Source: Rhina ancylostomus
Lineage: Eukaryota
NCBI GenBank assembly: GCA_030265395.1
Contig: JARFYF010000029.1
Span: 12,134,630-12,198,629, forward strand
Direction: 5' to 3'
Length of the DNA stretch: 64,000 bases
The translations under genes and the position numbers were made by a program. This document shows, in pieces, positions 23,723 to 35,940 of this stretch (position 1 is its first letter; the number at the start of each line of letters is the position of its first letter). A model generated the notes under the pieces. The model was not told where the DNA came from. It searched no databases and saw only the letters and a program-made list of their open reading frames with translations.

Positions 23723-24496
23723 GTATAAAGTAAGCAAGTTTACTTTTAATGTGCAGGGGTCATTCAGATGAGTAATTTTATACACTTTGCCCTTTTATTG
23801 ATACAAATATGATCAGAAATGCTTCACTTTCCAATTTGTAGCATTTAGAATTATATTCATTGGTTTTGTACAGAAGTACATGGCTGTCCAGAATCTTGTC
23901 AGGTTAGACATTAATATCCATGTATAGGTGCCTGATCAGAGAGTAGTGTAGGATAAGTCCTGTCTGGACAGCCAATCTGTTTGAGCTTCTGTTAATATGG
24001 TAGTCATTGTCTGGTTTGACTACCAAAGATTCGCTTTCAGAAACTATTGAGCAAAATAAAATTGCACAGAATTGTAGATAATGTGAAATGAATTGTTAAT
24101 TGTTTGGGAGATGTGTAGGGATAAAAGAAACATTTCTGACTGGAAGTGCTCCCCAAGAGTTGTATTGAGTCTCTGCTTTTCAATGTGTATACCAAATTCT
24201 TATAGGAATAAGGATGAGGGTTAGATGGAGCAGGAAGCTACAATGGATAAAGACAGAAAACATGGGTTGGTAAAATGTTAGCAGATGATTGAATTCACTC
24301 TGTGGCTGGCCATTTTGTGCCCAAGAAAGGCAAATAGAAGGATTTAATGGTGTGAAACTAGGAATCTGGATGAAGAGGTATACAATCAATGACAAAAACA
24401 GGTGCACAAGTACAAAAAAGAAGCCAGAGGCTTAAAGAATATTTCCATTTGCCTTAAATGGACTGGATTACAAAGGACAGAAATTATGCATGAGAT

Positions 24497-24836
24497 TAGA
24501 GAGTCATACAGCATAGAAACAGTCCCTTTAGCCCACTGAGTCCATGTTGATCACCAAGCACCCACTTGCGTTAATCCAATGGTAATCTTATTTTATTCTT
24601 CCCATGTTCCCACCAACTCCTCCCTGATTCTACCACTCTCCCATGCACGAGGAACAATTAACCTACTAACCTGCACATCTCTGTGATGTGGGAGGAAACA
24701 GAGCACCCAGAAGAAACCCATGCGGTCACAGGGAGAACTTGCAAACTCCACACAGTCAGCACTGGAGATCAGGATTGATCCTGAGTTGTTGGAGCTGTGA
24801 GGCAGCAGCTCTACCAACTGCCCCACTGTGCGACCT
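24497..24836 (-). mobile_element. Near full-length HE1/V-type tRNA-derived SINE with CR1-like tail
   Basis: Reverse complement reads GGTCGCACAGTGGGGCAGTTGGTAGAGCTGCTGCCTCACAGC (A-box), then B-box-like GGATCAATCC, then core GTGTGGAGTTTGCA..TTCTCCC..GGGTTTC..GGGTGCTC..TTTCCTCCCAC. Confidence 0.88.
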
Positions 24837-25274
24837 TCGTGCACTGAAGTTTTGGCAGAGTCATCAAAGTTTTGCATTACGCTGCTTTTTGGTGATGGTA
24901 TTGCTCAATCTCAACTTCTTGGTTAATGGGTTCATTCAGTGTATGAAGTTGCACTGTGGTTGCAGTGGAATATACTAACTGGGGAGCCAACAAGTTAACA
25001 GTTTGGTTGTTGAATAATACGATTTCCACAGTGCTTTAATGCAGCTTTATACATAAAGCAAGCAAATCCCAAATTAACTTCAGTTGGTACTGGAGACTTA
25101 TAAATTTAGTTTTCGCTTTGGTGCAAGGTTAATCCTGATCAATTCCTTTGATATTGCTAGGTAAAAAGTACTAATAGAAAATGATCTTATTTATTTTGTT
25201 TGGAGACTCCAAGGCTAGAGATAGATATTATTTAAATTCTTTATATAAATGTGAGCCTTGTATATCTTTTATAG

Positions 25275-25523
25275 GTTCCACAGGATCCAATGCAATTGCG
25301 CAAAAATGTCTATTTCTGTTCAAGTTGTGGGAGTTATTTACCATCCACTGAGTTTCCTCTGTCAGTGACTTCACGGAACCTCTATGTGTGTCGAGAATGC
25401 ATTAAACAGAATAATGAAGCTCGTCGTCGTGAAGAGTCAAGCCAGTATAAACTGATCATGAAGCAGCTGAGAAAAACTGAGGCAGATTTTGAAGATGGAG
25501 CGCAACTAGCATTCTTAGTGCAG
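25275..25523 (+). CDS. IQUB: IQUB exon with CxxC..CxxC motif (VPQDPMQLRKNVYFCSSC...CREC...LAFLVQ)
   Basis: TATAG acceptor, CAG|GTATAA donor, 249 nt, phase 0-0. Confidence 0.96.
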
Positions 25524-27011
25524 GTATAATATGACTTCTACTGCAAAAAGCTTTAAGCAGGCACTGTTGTGTACATTTTGTTGTTTTATTGAATATTAGC
25601 GAAAAAGAATGTGAATGTAAGCCCAGTCTGCTCATTTTATAGGCTCAGATATTGCCGGTAAATGGCACTTATCTATTATGGACAATCGTAACAGAACTGT
25701 GTCAACATGATCTGGCCCATAATCTCTAGTTTTCTAATGTTGAGAAATAGACAATAATATTTTGTGAGGCTGTAGGCAACTGTAGAGACATAAGCCTAAG
25801 AGTAGTGTGCAAGGTCCCCAGGCAGCCATATTCATTCTCACATGAGGCCCAAGGTGTCGTAGAGGGTGGGATAGCTGTTAAATGAAGAAAAACATGCTGC
25901 TGGTCTTTCTTCCATGAGCTCTTACAAATAAAGGTAGATGTTGCTCATGGAGAGAGGAATTGGTCTTGGGAGGTATGAGAGAGGATTGTGGGGAGTGATG
26001 AAGTGTCAATTGGGGAATTGTTGCAGTAGATCAAGAGGAGGTTGGGGGTAATGTAGTGCTTGAGGAGATAATCTGAGTGGAATATTGGGGACAGGATCAG
26101 GAGGGGTGGTAAGAATGGGGGATGAAGCAGTAATCACTAAGAAAGCACACTTCAAGAAAAACCTAGCTGTAAGAAGATGAACATCTCAGACTACCCAGAC
26201 AAAGGCTGGTCTCCATTAAATAACATTAATATATGTGTTAAATCTTCATTTCAGGCCTATTTAAGTGTGTGTGATGCATGTTATTCATGGATCTTATTTG
26301 AACAACATAATTTTGTGAGTGCTGACACCTTCTGATGCCATTGCTCATCCTTGCATCAATTAATATGTGTGTGTTACAAAAAGAAGAAATGCAGTGTGCT
26401 ATAGGTGCAATCTGTACCTGATCATGTCTAGTAGTTGGCTTTTAAGTAAAATTTCTATCACATAGCCTACAAAAACATGGTGCTTTGTAAAAGTTTCTAA
26501 TCCACACTCTTCCTTTCAATGGCCAGTTAATGGTTTTGATCCCAAAAAGCAAGGTGATGTTGATGCTGAAAATCTAAAATCATACCTAATGCACTCAACC
26601 ATTTGGACCAATGCTGATCGAACTACTAATTGCATCCATTATTGTCTGCTCTTGTGTTGTATCTCCTATAGGACCTTGCATTTATATTCCACCTCAGTAT
26701 TTCCCAAATGTTTGGTACACAGTGAATTATTTTTACATTGGAACAGCTGCTTTTATGAAAGTTAACACAAGGCCCTCCTTTGTACATTGCATAAAAAAGA
26801 TTATACAAAGAGCAAATATGAATGGCTAATTATCTCTTTATGGTTTTCACCAAATGCTTAGACTAAAAATTTCTTTTTGACTGACACCTTGATATTAAAA
26901 TTAGTTGTAAAACTATCTTTTTTAGTAAAAGCTATGATTTAATGTTTTGATCTGTTATTTTGAACAGATTTTATTTTAGTATGAATTTACAAATTGATAC
27001 TATATTGACAG

Positions 27012-27197
27012 GAACAAGATATGAAATATCTCATTGACAGTATTTGGGGCACACAGTCTGCACTGAGTGCTAATGCAAATCTGAAGGATCTGATAATGAT
27101 AAGGTGGGATAAAAAGTCTGAGTGGTCACCATGGAACTGTATCCTCCTTACAGAAGAAGAAGCTGCAGCTCATCTTAAACTTCGTGATATCGAAAAG
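27012..27197 (+). CDS. IQUB: IQUB exon ([19 protein letters not shown]...[32 protein letters not shown])
   Basis: GACAG acceptor, AAG|GTAGAT donor; hallmark [11 protein letters not shown] motif. Confidence 0.97.
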
Positions 27198-27575
27198 GTA
27201 GATACATTTATTTCCTCTCAGTATTTTAAACTTGTATATTCTTTCTATGTTTTAGCATTTGTTTATTATTGTTCCTCTATGATATCTTACTGTTGCTTCC
27301 TCAGATCAACTCTGCTTGTTTATTTCCCCATTCAAGGTTTAGGGGCTCATTACCTTATTCATGTCTACCCTGTTTGTATTACATTTTCAAGCACTCAGTA
27401 TCATTTCATTCTATCGTGTCTCTTCAACTTATTATAAACTTGAGAGGCTAGTGCTTTTAACATCCATGGCACAAAGGAAAAGTTCTAATATGTATATGTT
27501 GAAGACAACTTTAATAATTTCCTTTCAATTTAAAATCCTCGTGATTTACTCTGGTTTATATTGTTCACCATGTAG

Positions 27576-27740
27576 GATTATGAGGCCACATTTATTCGCA
27601 AGATCAAGCACCGACACACATTGGGAAAGAGTTATTTTTCTCGGATTCCTGAAATAGTGAATTATGCACGCACTTGCTTGGTGAAAGACTCAAATTCCAC
27701 AAATGACGTCGTAATTACAAATTTATTTTGTGCTAAATAA
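27576..27740 (+). CDS. IQUB: IQUB last coding exon (DYEATFIRKIKHRHTLGKSYF...NLFCAK*)
   Basis: TGTAG acceptor, open frame to TAA at 27738-27740; FIxKIxHxHxL.K.YF motif. Confidence 0.94.
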   Translation, partial: DYEATFIRKIKHRHTLGKSYFSRIPEIVNYARTCLVKDSNSTNDVVITNLFCAK

Positions 27741-27741
27741 A
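27736..27741 (+). promoter_or_regulatory. Candidate polyadenylation signal AATAAA overlapping the IQUB stop codon (distal AATAAA at 28633-28638)
   Basis: GCTAAATAAAAG at 27732-27743. Usage not demonstrated. Confidence 0.3.
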
Positions 27742-29267
27742 AGCCATTGTTCATCAGTTACTTCAGTGGACATTATCAGACAACCATACTTCAATGGTTA
27801 ATTTCAATTAAAAATTACAGCTTTGTTGGATAAAATGTTACAATATTATTCTTTCATCATAGATTATAAGTAAAACATTATTGTTTTTAATTAATTGAAT
27901 CTTTTTAAATTTATAGCTAATTCTTTATTTTTAATTAATCCCATCGAATGTAGGATGACAGTAAACTGAAGAGTAACTGGATTTGGATTTGAAATTGCCT
28001 TTATACTTTTCAACATAATCCCATTAAAAATTAGACATTTTCCTGATATTGAAATGGCTGTTGTAATGAGCAAATGAGCATCTGAACTGAAACTTAATCT
28101 ATTGCATAAAATATCAGGCATAGTCTTTTAGTAGGAAAAACTTTAGTCTGCTCTACAAATAGTCTCAGCTATCGCTCAAGTGATCCAGATCTTTCCAGAT
28201 GGGGGATAGCTCAAAACTTCAGCTTGGTTTAAAAAGAAATAATTTTTATTGAAAAGTAAGATAATACCAAAGGGAATAAGTATCAATATGATCTTAATTC
28301 TGTTGTGTACTTAAGGCAGAATCATGCCTTTCTGAAATGACTTGCAAAAATGCTGGACCTCAGAAGTGCATTAAAGCATTAGTGTAGGCTTATCGTATCT
28401 CCCAGTTGGAAGCATGACTCGATGCAGTTAATGATTAGATCAAAAGTACAAAGCCTGTCCTGTTAGTATGCAAAGGGGCTCAGCTAGCCAAGTTCCAGGT
28501 GATGGTCTCAGAAATAGCTGTCTTCATTTTAAAACTGCAATATTCTAATTTTAACCAAGGTGAAATTCTACTATGCAAATTAACATATTTATCATATTGT
28601 TGAAATTACATTTTTAACTTGTGTTTCATATTAATAAAAACTTGATATCCTTTGCATAATTTACCAGTATGTACTGATTGATTTGTATGTTCTGAACTAT
28701 TCTCTCAGCCAAATTATTTTGAGTAAAAGTCCAAAAATGTTTTTGTAGTCATTTGCTCTAATTTTGTATGGCATTTTAGACTCAAAACAAAATATACATT
28801 TTGAGTTTGAAGATCAATGAAAGTTGAATGAAGGAAATGCATTTGTTACAAACTATGGATGTGAACTCACGTTTTGTATAGAGAAAAGTAGGGTTCTTTG
28901 ATTGTATTTGTGTTCTCTGTTCTCCATCACATGTTATCTTTATGATAGGTAGTTCACTTTTTGGCATCTTCCTTTGGTCAGCTTATCTTTTTACTAATTG
29001 ATAAGCATTCTAACAGATCTTAATCATTGTGATTCACAAATTCATCAAATTCACAAGTTAAAGGTAAGAAATTCACCAAAGTACTTAATTGCCAAATATT
29101 CTCCTTTCTGCAGCATCGTCACTAGATGGGAAAATTACTGTAAAGTACAGGTCTCTTTAATGCACTTTTTACCACCAACCTCCTTCCTTTCCAATGAGAT
29201 TGTGACTGATTATCTACCTCAGCATCATTTTCCTGCCTGTTGTCTATCCCATATCTTTTTAAACTTT

Positions 29268-29460
29268 TATTTATACAGCACAGTAATAGGTCCTTCCGGC
29301 CCAGAGAGCCCGTGCCACCCAATTACACATATGTTAACCAACTAACTTGTATGTCTTTGGAATCTGGGAGGAAACTGCAGCACCCGGGGGAAACTCATAC
29401 AGTCACGGGGAGAATGCACAAACTCCTTACAGACAGTGGCGGGATTGGATCCCTATCGCT
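29268..29460 (-). mobile_element. HE1/V-type SINE (short-tail subfamily)
   Basis: Same core GGGAGGAAACTGCAGCACCCGG..GGGAGAATGCACAAACTCC. Confidence 0.8.
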
Positions 29461-29489
29461 AACCACTATCTATTATGAATGCAATCAAT

Positions 29490-30610
29490 GACTGAGTCTC
29501 CACAACACTCAGGTAGAAAATTCCAAAGACTGACCACTCTCTGAATGAAGGCATTTCTCTTCATCTCTGTCCTAAATGACTGATTCTTAATTTGAACTTG
29601 TGGTATCTAGTTCTAGATTCTTCAACCAGGGGAAACATCCTCCCCACATCTTCCATGTTGAGCACTCTTGGAATTTTGTATGTATAAGCAAGGTCACCTA
29701 TCAATCTTCTAAACTCTTGTGAATAGAGGTCTAGCTTACTCTTTCACTTCTCATATGATAGGAGCCACTCTGGTGACCATTTGCTGCCCTCCCTCTGTGG
29801 CAGATATCTCACTCCTTAGGAAAGGAAACTAAAATAGTCCATAATGTGGTGTAATATAACTGTAGTAAGAGATCTTTACTCCTGTAGTCAAATGCTCTGG
29901 CCATAAAAATCCAAGATACCATTTACTGTTGCAATTGCCTGCTGCACCTGAATGTCAGCTTTCCATGACTTGTGTATAAGGATTCCTTTGAACACCAATA
30001 TTTCCCAGTCTCTCAGTACTTAAAAAAAAAACTATCATTGTTTTTTTTCCACATTCTACTACACCTGCTATTTTGTTGTCCACTCACTCAGCTTGTCTCA
30101 TCAGTACTCACGTTCCCCATTGGCAGTATGTCATCAGCAAACTTGGAAGTGTTACATCTGATTTCCCCTCAGCCAAATCATTAATATAGATTGTGAATAG
30201 TTGCCCAGATCTCACTGGTCACAACCTAACAGATAGTTTAACCTACTCTTAATCCATGCTCGTAATATACCCTGAATTGAATGTGCTTTAACCTTCTCCA
30301 ATCTGTGTAGGACCTTATCGAAAGCCTTCTGAAAATCCAAACACATTCCATGCACTGGTTCTCCCTCAATACATGCTCAATGAATTCCAAGAGTTGGTCA
30401 AATGTGATTTTTATCAATCCACGTTGACTCTGCTCAATTCTATTATTATTTTACAAGTGTCTGAATATCACATCTTTTATAATAGATTCCAGCATATTCC
30501 CGGCTATCGATGTCATGTTAACAAGTTGGTTTGGATTAGTTTCTCTCTCCCTTTCTTACATAGTGTGGTAATATTCATACCCTCCAAACGGCAGGAATCT
30601 TTCTAGAAAT
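29490..30610 (-). mobile_element. CR1 LINE, decayed RT to 3' region
   Basis: Reverse-complement KFADD (GTCATCAGCAAACTT) and LDFQKAFDKV (ACCTTATCGAAAGCCTTCTGAAAATCCAA) motifs. Confidence 0.85.
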
Positions 30611-33577
30611 ATGTATAATGTATAAGTTTAACCATTCTCTGAAAGGTTTACTGTTAATTAGTGCCACAAAACATCAGCCAAAACCTAGGGAGTGTGATGT
30701 TTTATTGCTAGGGTGATCTAATGCAAAGCAAAAACATTATATTGCATAGAACCTGATAGGTCTNNNNNNNNNNNNNNNNNNNNTCACAGGGGAACTAGAA
30801 AATTTGGATGAAGTTCATTGGAGGGGGACAAGATTATCTTAAAATGATTCTGTTGTCATGATGAACTTCTAAATTTGAATGTAATTACTTTGGAGAACCA
30901 CTGATTAAAGGTGTTTAAGATAGAGATTGGACTATGCTTGTACAGAAAAGGTATTTGAATCAAATACTTCAGGGGTCATGTAAAGTAAGGGTAAATCTAG
31001 ATTTGATATCTGGAGGTTCTTTTTCCAGATATTGTATTCATCTAATGACTTGATTCACAGCATGTCTTCAGAAACTGCTGGGATAGAAATCACAGGATAG
31101 TAGAAAAGGTAGGTAAAAAAAAAGGAGTAAAATATATTTATGTCATCATGAATTCCAGGTTTCATTCTTTTTCTTTTGGAGAGGACTCCCTCATCTTTTC
31201 ATTCTCCCCTTATTGAATTTAGTTTCTACGTTTTTGTTATCAGTCAGAACTTTGAGCTTCAAGCTGCAAGCATTGACTGCTGTACCACATGTAATTTATG
31301 TAATTGCCTTCCACAGATCCACTTTTGATAATTTGCTGCTATGTATTTTCTGAATCTTGAATGGATGAGGATTCAATGATGCTGGGTAAATGTATACAAT
31401 TCTCTGGCAAATAGCTGACCTATACCTGTTTACATATGGGACACTTGGGACTTGGAGAGGCCCAAACGTTCTTAGAGATTCAGGAAGCTAAATCTGTCAA
31501 TTTGATCTGCCACTCCATGTGGACTCCAAGACCGGTGCAGAGAATGCTGAGATTCTCCAAGAACTACCTGACAGAAACGCCATGTGAATTAGCAGGATTC
31601 AGTGACCACCAACAGAGAATTGGGAAAGGGAGATGAAAGGAACTTAGTTAAAAGAAAATTACACAACTGAAGTGCTATGAGTAGTACAAAGGCCAACAGT
31701 TAGAATATTGCACAAGTATTGACAACCTTTGATTAATTAACCTTTTACTGCAATTATCAACTGATTGCCTATGGTCTTTAAAACTTCCCTTTTTTTCCCC
31801 ACAATATATGCATTGTTTTTTTAAAAAGCCAGTTAATAGCTTTATATTATAAGTATATAATAGCAATGTTATATAAGAAAGCAAAGTTTTTGAACACATT
31901 TAAAGCTATTTAAAGTTTTAAGCTATTGCAGAGTGATTTTAAAGTACAGCTGCTCAGTTCAGGCTGGCTTTGAGGAGTGCCGTGGCCATCATCAATTTTT
32001 GGTGGGAAGGGCAAGGTCCCACATGATCACCTATGTTCACCGTTGGATGTGCACAGCTGAGGGCTTTGCCAAATGCTTCCAGTACCAACACTGCAAGCAA
32101 GTAACAGCTCCCTGATTTGTAGCAAGTGAGTGTGAGATTTTTTTTAAAACTGGCAGATCCAAACAGCAGGCCTAGACCTGTACAATGCAGTCTAATGTCT
32201 TTGAATCCTTCTGACTTTTAAAAGCTGTTAGAAATCACACAGTTAAGAACAACTTAAGTATTATTAATAATTCAGAAAACTTTTAATGTTAGTTAAATAA
32301 AAACATGAAGGTAAATTCAATTAATTTAAAACTTATAACCTGATACTTTCCGAGGTCCAACGCAGCTGTTCATCTGCATTGAAATGAACGGTGTAATAGG
32401 AAGACAAAGCAGACGGCTGCATGGTGATACAGTTAGGGCTGGCTGGAACCAGTTCAGACTGACCCCAACCACAANNNNNNNNNNCCTATAATAACCCTTT
32501 GCTTGGATACCGCATAACAACCACCCCATAGCCTCCAGGAAGGGACCATTGCACATACAGAATATAGAAAAATTGGAAATGCATCCAGCCATATGGTGTT
32601 GCTGGGCATTGAAGCTTGACGTTGTAACTCAATTACCATTACTCTTTGTATTCACTGAGCACATGTGGTAGAGATAAGGGGGGGAAATAGTATGAGAGAG
32701 TATACAACCACTAAAAACGTTGGATTAGTGAGCATTCATTATAGTATGAGCAACTCCCTTGTTGACATCAGCTTGTAATGAAGAAAGTTTGTTCTGAAGG
32801 TAATCCCCGACTCTGTGTAAACTTTTATATATACAATGGACTCCTTGATCCTTCAGATTGGTACAGTTTCATTAGAAAGATTAGCAAGTTTAAGTGGTGG
32901 CATATTGCTGAAAATTCGCGTGAAGTAGCTACTAAGCTTGGGGCTTATATCGGAGTTCTAGACTTAAGAGGTATTTATGTGGAGAAATGCTGTTGGTAAA
33001 AATGTGAGCAATGGAGTTTTGTGTGCTATCCCTAACAAAACTATGAACCATTTGTGAAATGCAGATTTATGTTTTCATTATATCTGGTCCACAGAGGAAA
33101 TATTCACCCAAAGATTTTTGTTTTAGTTTATTTTTGAAATGTTACACGTGTATTATTTCTCTCGCTAATTCTCTGTTCTTTGTTGGAGGATTGCTGAAAA
33201 GTTAGAAATTGAATACAATGGGAAAAGAGCTGGCATTCTTTGAGTATGTTTATTTTGGTGGCGAACAAGTTAATCAGTAAATGTTCTCATTGCTGATTAC
33301 AACATCACTCACGTGCCTTTTGTCTGTCATTGTTTCATGGCACACCAGAAATTTCTAAACTACTTTCACCTTTTGTATTCTCCAAAATGCCATTTAATTA
33401 AATTTTCTTTCCCTGTCTACATTCAGTAATATTTATACCAAAACAAGGTGGCGCCAGAAAAACCAAGCTAAATCTGGAAGTTGCAGATGTGACCAGCAGA
33501 ATTTGTTTTATTTTAAGCATATGCACATTTTCACTTCCAGTGTGTTTTGATCGGAGGCAAGTCCGGTTGGAACTTTC

Positions 33578-33690
33578 ATGGCTCAAGATCATTTGTGTTT
33601 GCAGCCACTGCTATGGTGCACTTTAATTCACCTTTTTCAGGGTACTTCTGCTGTGGATCATGTCCCTGTGCTGGTGTGGTCAACATTTAG
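33578..33690 (+). CDS. ATP6AP1/Ac45-family V-ATPase accessory subunit, coding exon 1 (signal peptide MAQDHLCLQPLLWCTLIHLFQGTSA then VDHVPVLVWSTF)
   Basis: ATG at 33578 with an in-frame upstream TGA. Hydrophobic leader followed by the Ac45 VPxxxWS motif. Donor TTAG|GTGAGT, phase 2. A TTCCAG acceptor ending at 33540 suggests an upstream non-coding exon. Confidence 0.9.
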
Positions 33691-34101
33691 GTGAGTCTTT
33701 GAACAAAATCTAATTAATACAATGCTATTTTTCCATCTGGAAAGTTACCAAGTTTCAAGTTCCCTATATCCATGGCAATGTACTATTGCCCTGTAGCTGC
33801 TGTAAAACCAAATCAGAAGTTAAACAGAAGTCATAGTTAAACAGAAATTAAATTAATTTGAGCAGCGTCAAGAAAGATGTCCTAAGTCTACTTTAAGGTA
33901 GTTTGCGTAAACATTGGCTGACTTTGTTTGGAAATATTACTAATTTCAACTACAAAATGGTGCTGTTAAGGCATTACTGACTCCTCCTGCATCTCCACCA
34001 ACTTTGTTTTCTGTATGCCACATTTCAATATCACAAGAAAAAGAGGCAGCAGACTATGTTAAGAGACAGCACACAGCTAATNNNNNNNNNNNNNNNNNNN
34101 N

Positions 34102-34796
34102 ACAGCATTGAGATACAAAGGGATCTTGGGGTCCGAGTCCAGACCTCCCTGAAAATGGCTGCACAAGTTGATAGGGCGGTAAAGAAGGCATATGGCATGC
34201 TTGCCTCTCTTAGTTGAGGTATTGAATTGAGGAAGTTATGTTGCAGCTCTGGTTAGGCTGCATCTGGAGTATTGCATTCGATTCTGGTCGCCCCATTATA
34301 GGAAGGACGTGGAGGCTTTGGAGAGGGTGCAGAGGAGATTTACCAGGATGCTGCCTGAATTAGAGGGCACATGAGATGAGAGGTTAGACAAACTAGGGTT
34401 GTTTTTTCTGGAGCGGCAAAGGCTGAGAGGAGACTTGATTAGAAGTTTATAAACTTATGAGAGGCATAGATAGACAGTCAGTATCTTTATCCCGGGATCA
34501 AACTGTTTAATACTAGAGGGCACACATTTAAGGTGAGAGGAGGTAAGTTCAAAGGAGATATACAGGTCAAGTTTTATTTTGCACAAAGAGCAGTGGGTGC
34601 CTGGAATACACTGCCAGGGGGGTGGTGGAGGCAGATACAATAGTCTCTTAGATAGGCACATGAATATGGAGAATGGAGGGATATTAACCATGTGCAGAAG
34701 AGATTAGTTTAATTGGAGTTTAATTAGACATCATAAACTTAGTTTAGCACAACATCGTGGCCCGAAGGGTCTGTTCCTGTGCTGTACGTTCCATGT
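34102..34796 (+). mobile_element. CR1 LINE 3' end, relatively young
   Basis: DLGV, LEYCIxFWSPHYRKDVEALERVQRRFTRMLP and RLRGDL motifs; tail GGGTCTGTTCCTGTGCTGTAC. Confidence 0.92.
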
Positions 34797-35369
34797 ATTG
34801 TGTAATTTCCAGTTCCATGTGACTTTTGAATTATACCTGGCTAATTGTGCAAGTGTTTGTAAATTCCAGCAATTTCAATTTTTTTTTGTGTGTGGTTCCG
34901 TGTGGTTCCTGAAAGAAGAAAAATCTTCCAGAAATCTCAAATTTCAATGCTCGCAGTATTTGCTTATTCTGAGCATGCTTCAGTCAAAAGGAATATTACT
35001 AATTATGGTTACATGTTTGCAAAATACAGTGGGGCACAGTGTTTGGACCATTGTGCATCGATGCCAATCCGAGGGTTCATTAATCAGGAATCCAAGGAGT
35101 CAGAAATCTAAGACCAGCTAAGATTATCCTGGTAGAATTACACAAGACTTTAACAGAATTGAGAAATTCTGTTTGTGCAGGATATGTATTTGAATAATGA
35201 TGTTTTGACGCAATCATCCTAAATTGTTACGTGAGTTAATTGCCAAGAATTTGGTATGGCCAGTGAAGGAATGACTTTTGGTGTTCATCTCATGGTTGCC
35301 CACAGACCTTAGTGGTTTGTCAGCAGAGATTTTCCAGATGATCAATGTATAATGTAGGCTCTATTAAGA

Positions 35370-35830
35370 AACTTAACAGAGGATAAGTGGTTAGGCAAAT
35401 ATTTTGAGAGGTTATTCCAAAGCTTATGGCTTGGCAGCTAACGACATGGCTGTCAGTGATGAACCAGACATATTTTGAGATGATCAAAAGGCCAGAATTT
35501 GAGGAATGCTGTTATTGTGAAGGATAGTAGGACTCTACAAGATTTGAAATGGGGAGGGATGAGACCATGGAGGCATTTCAAAACCAGGATGCAAATTTGA
35601 AAACTGAGGCATTGCTTAACTGTGAGGTAGTGAAGATCAACTAGCACAGGGGTGAAGAGTGATTGGGACTTGGTATGAGTTAGGGCATGGCTAGCAAAAG
35701 ATTGGATAACTTCAGATATACAGAAAATTTGACTTGGGTTGGTTGGCGAGTGGCAGATGCTGGTCAGGGTTATGTTGGAATTTTGATCCAAAAGTAGCAA
35801 ATGCACAGAAGAGGATTTCAGCAGCAGATA
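35370..35830 (-). mobile_element. L2 LINE RT C-terminal fragment
   Basis: Minus-strand ORF TPVLVDLHYLTVKQCLSFQICILVLKCLHGLIPP matches L2 TPVLxxLHWLPVxxRIxFKIxxLxxKxLHGLAP. Confidence 0.8.
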
Positions 35831-35834
35831 AGCA

Positions 35835-35940
35835 AAGTTTATATTGTTGCTTTAGTTTATATAGTTAATTGATCTGTATGAACAGCGTACAAGTTTTTCA
35901 CTGTACCTTGGTACAAGTGACAATAATAAACCAATACCAA
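35835..35940 (+). mobile_element. LINE 3' tail, possibly Rex1/Babar-like
   Basis: TTTTCACTGTACCTTGGTACAAGTGACAATAATAAACCAATACCAA. Family assignment is from memory. Confidence 0.5.

Noticed and set aside
24790-24836. tRNA-like sequence with A/B boxes
   Set aside because: It is the head of a SINE and has no complete cloverleaf.
28330-28590. Octamer/Sox-like motifs (TAGTATGCAAAG, ATGCAAAT) downstream of IQUB as a possible enhancer
   Set aside because: Short motifs in AT-rich DNA; unsupported without conservation data.
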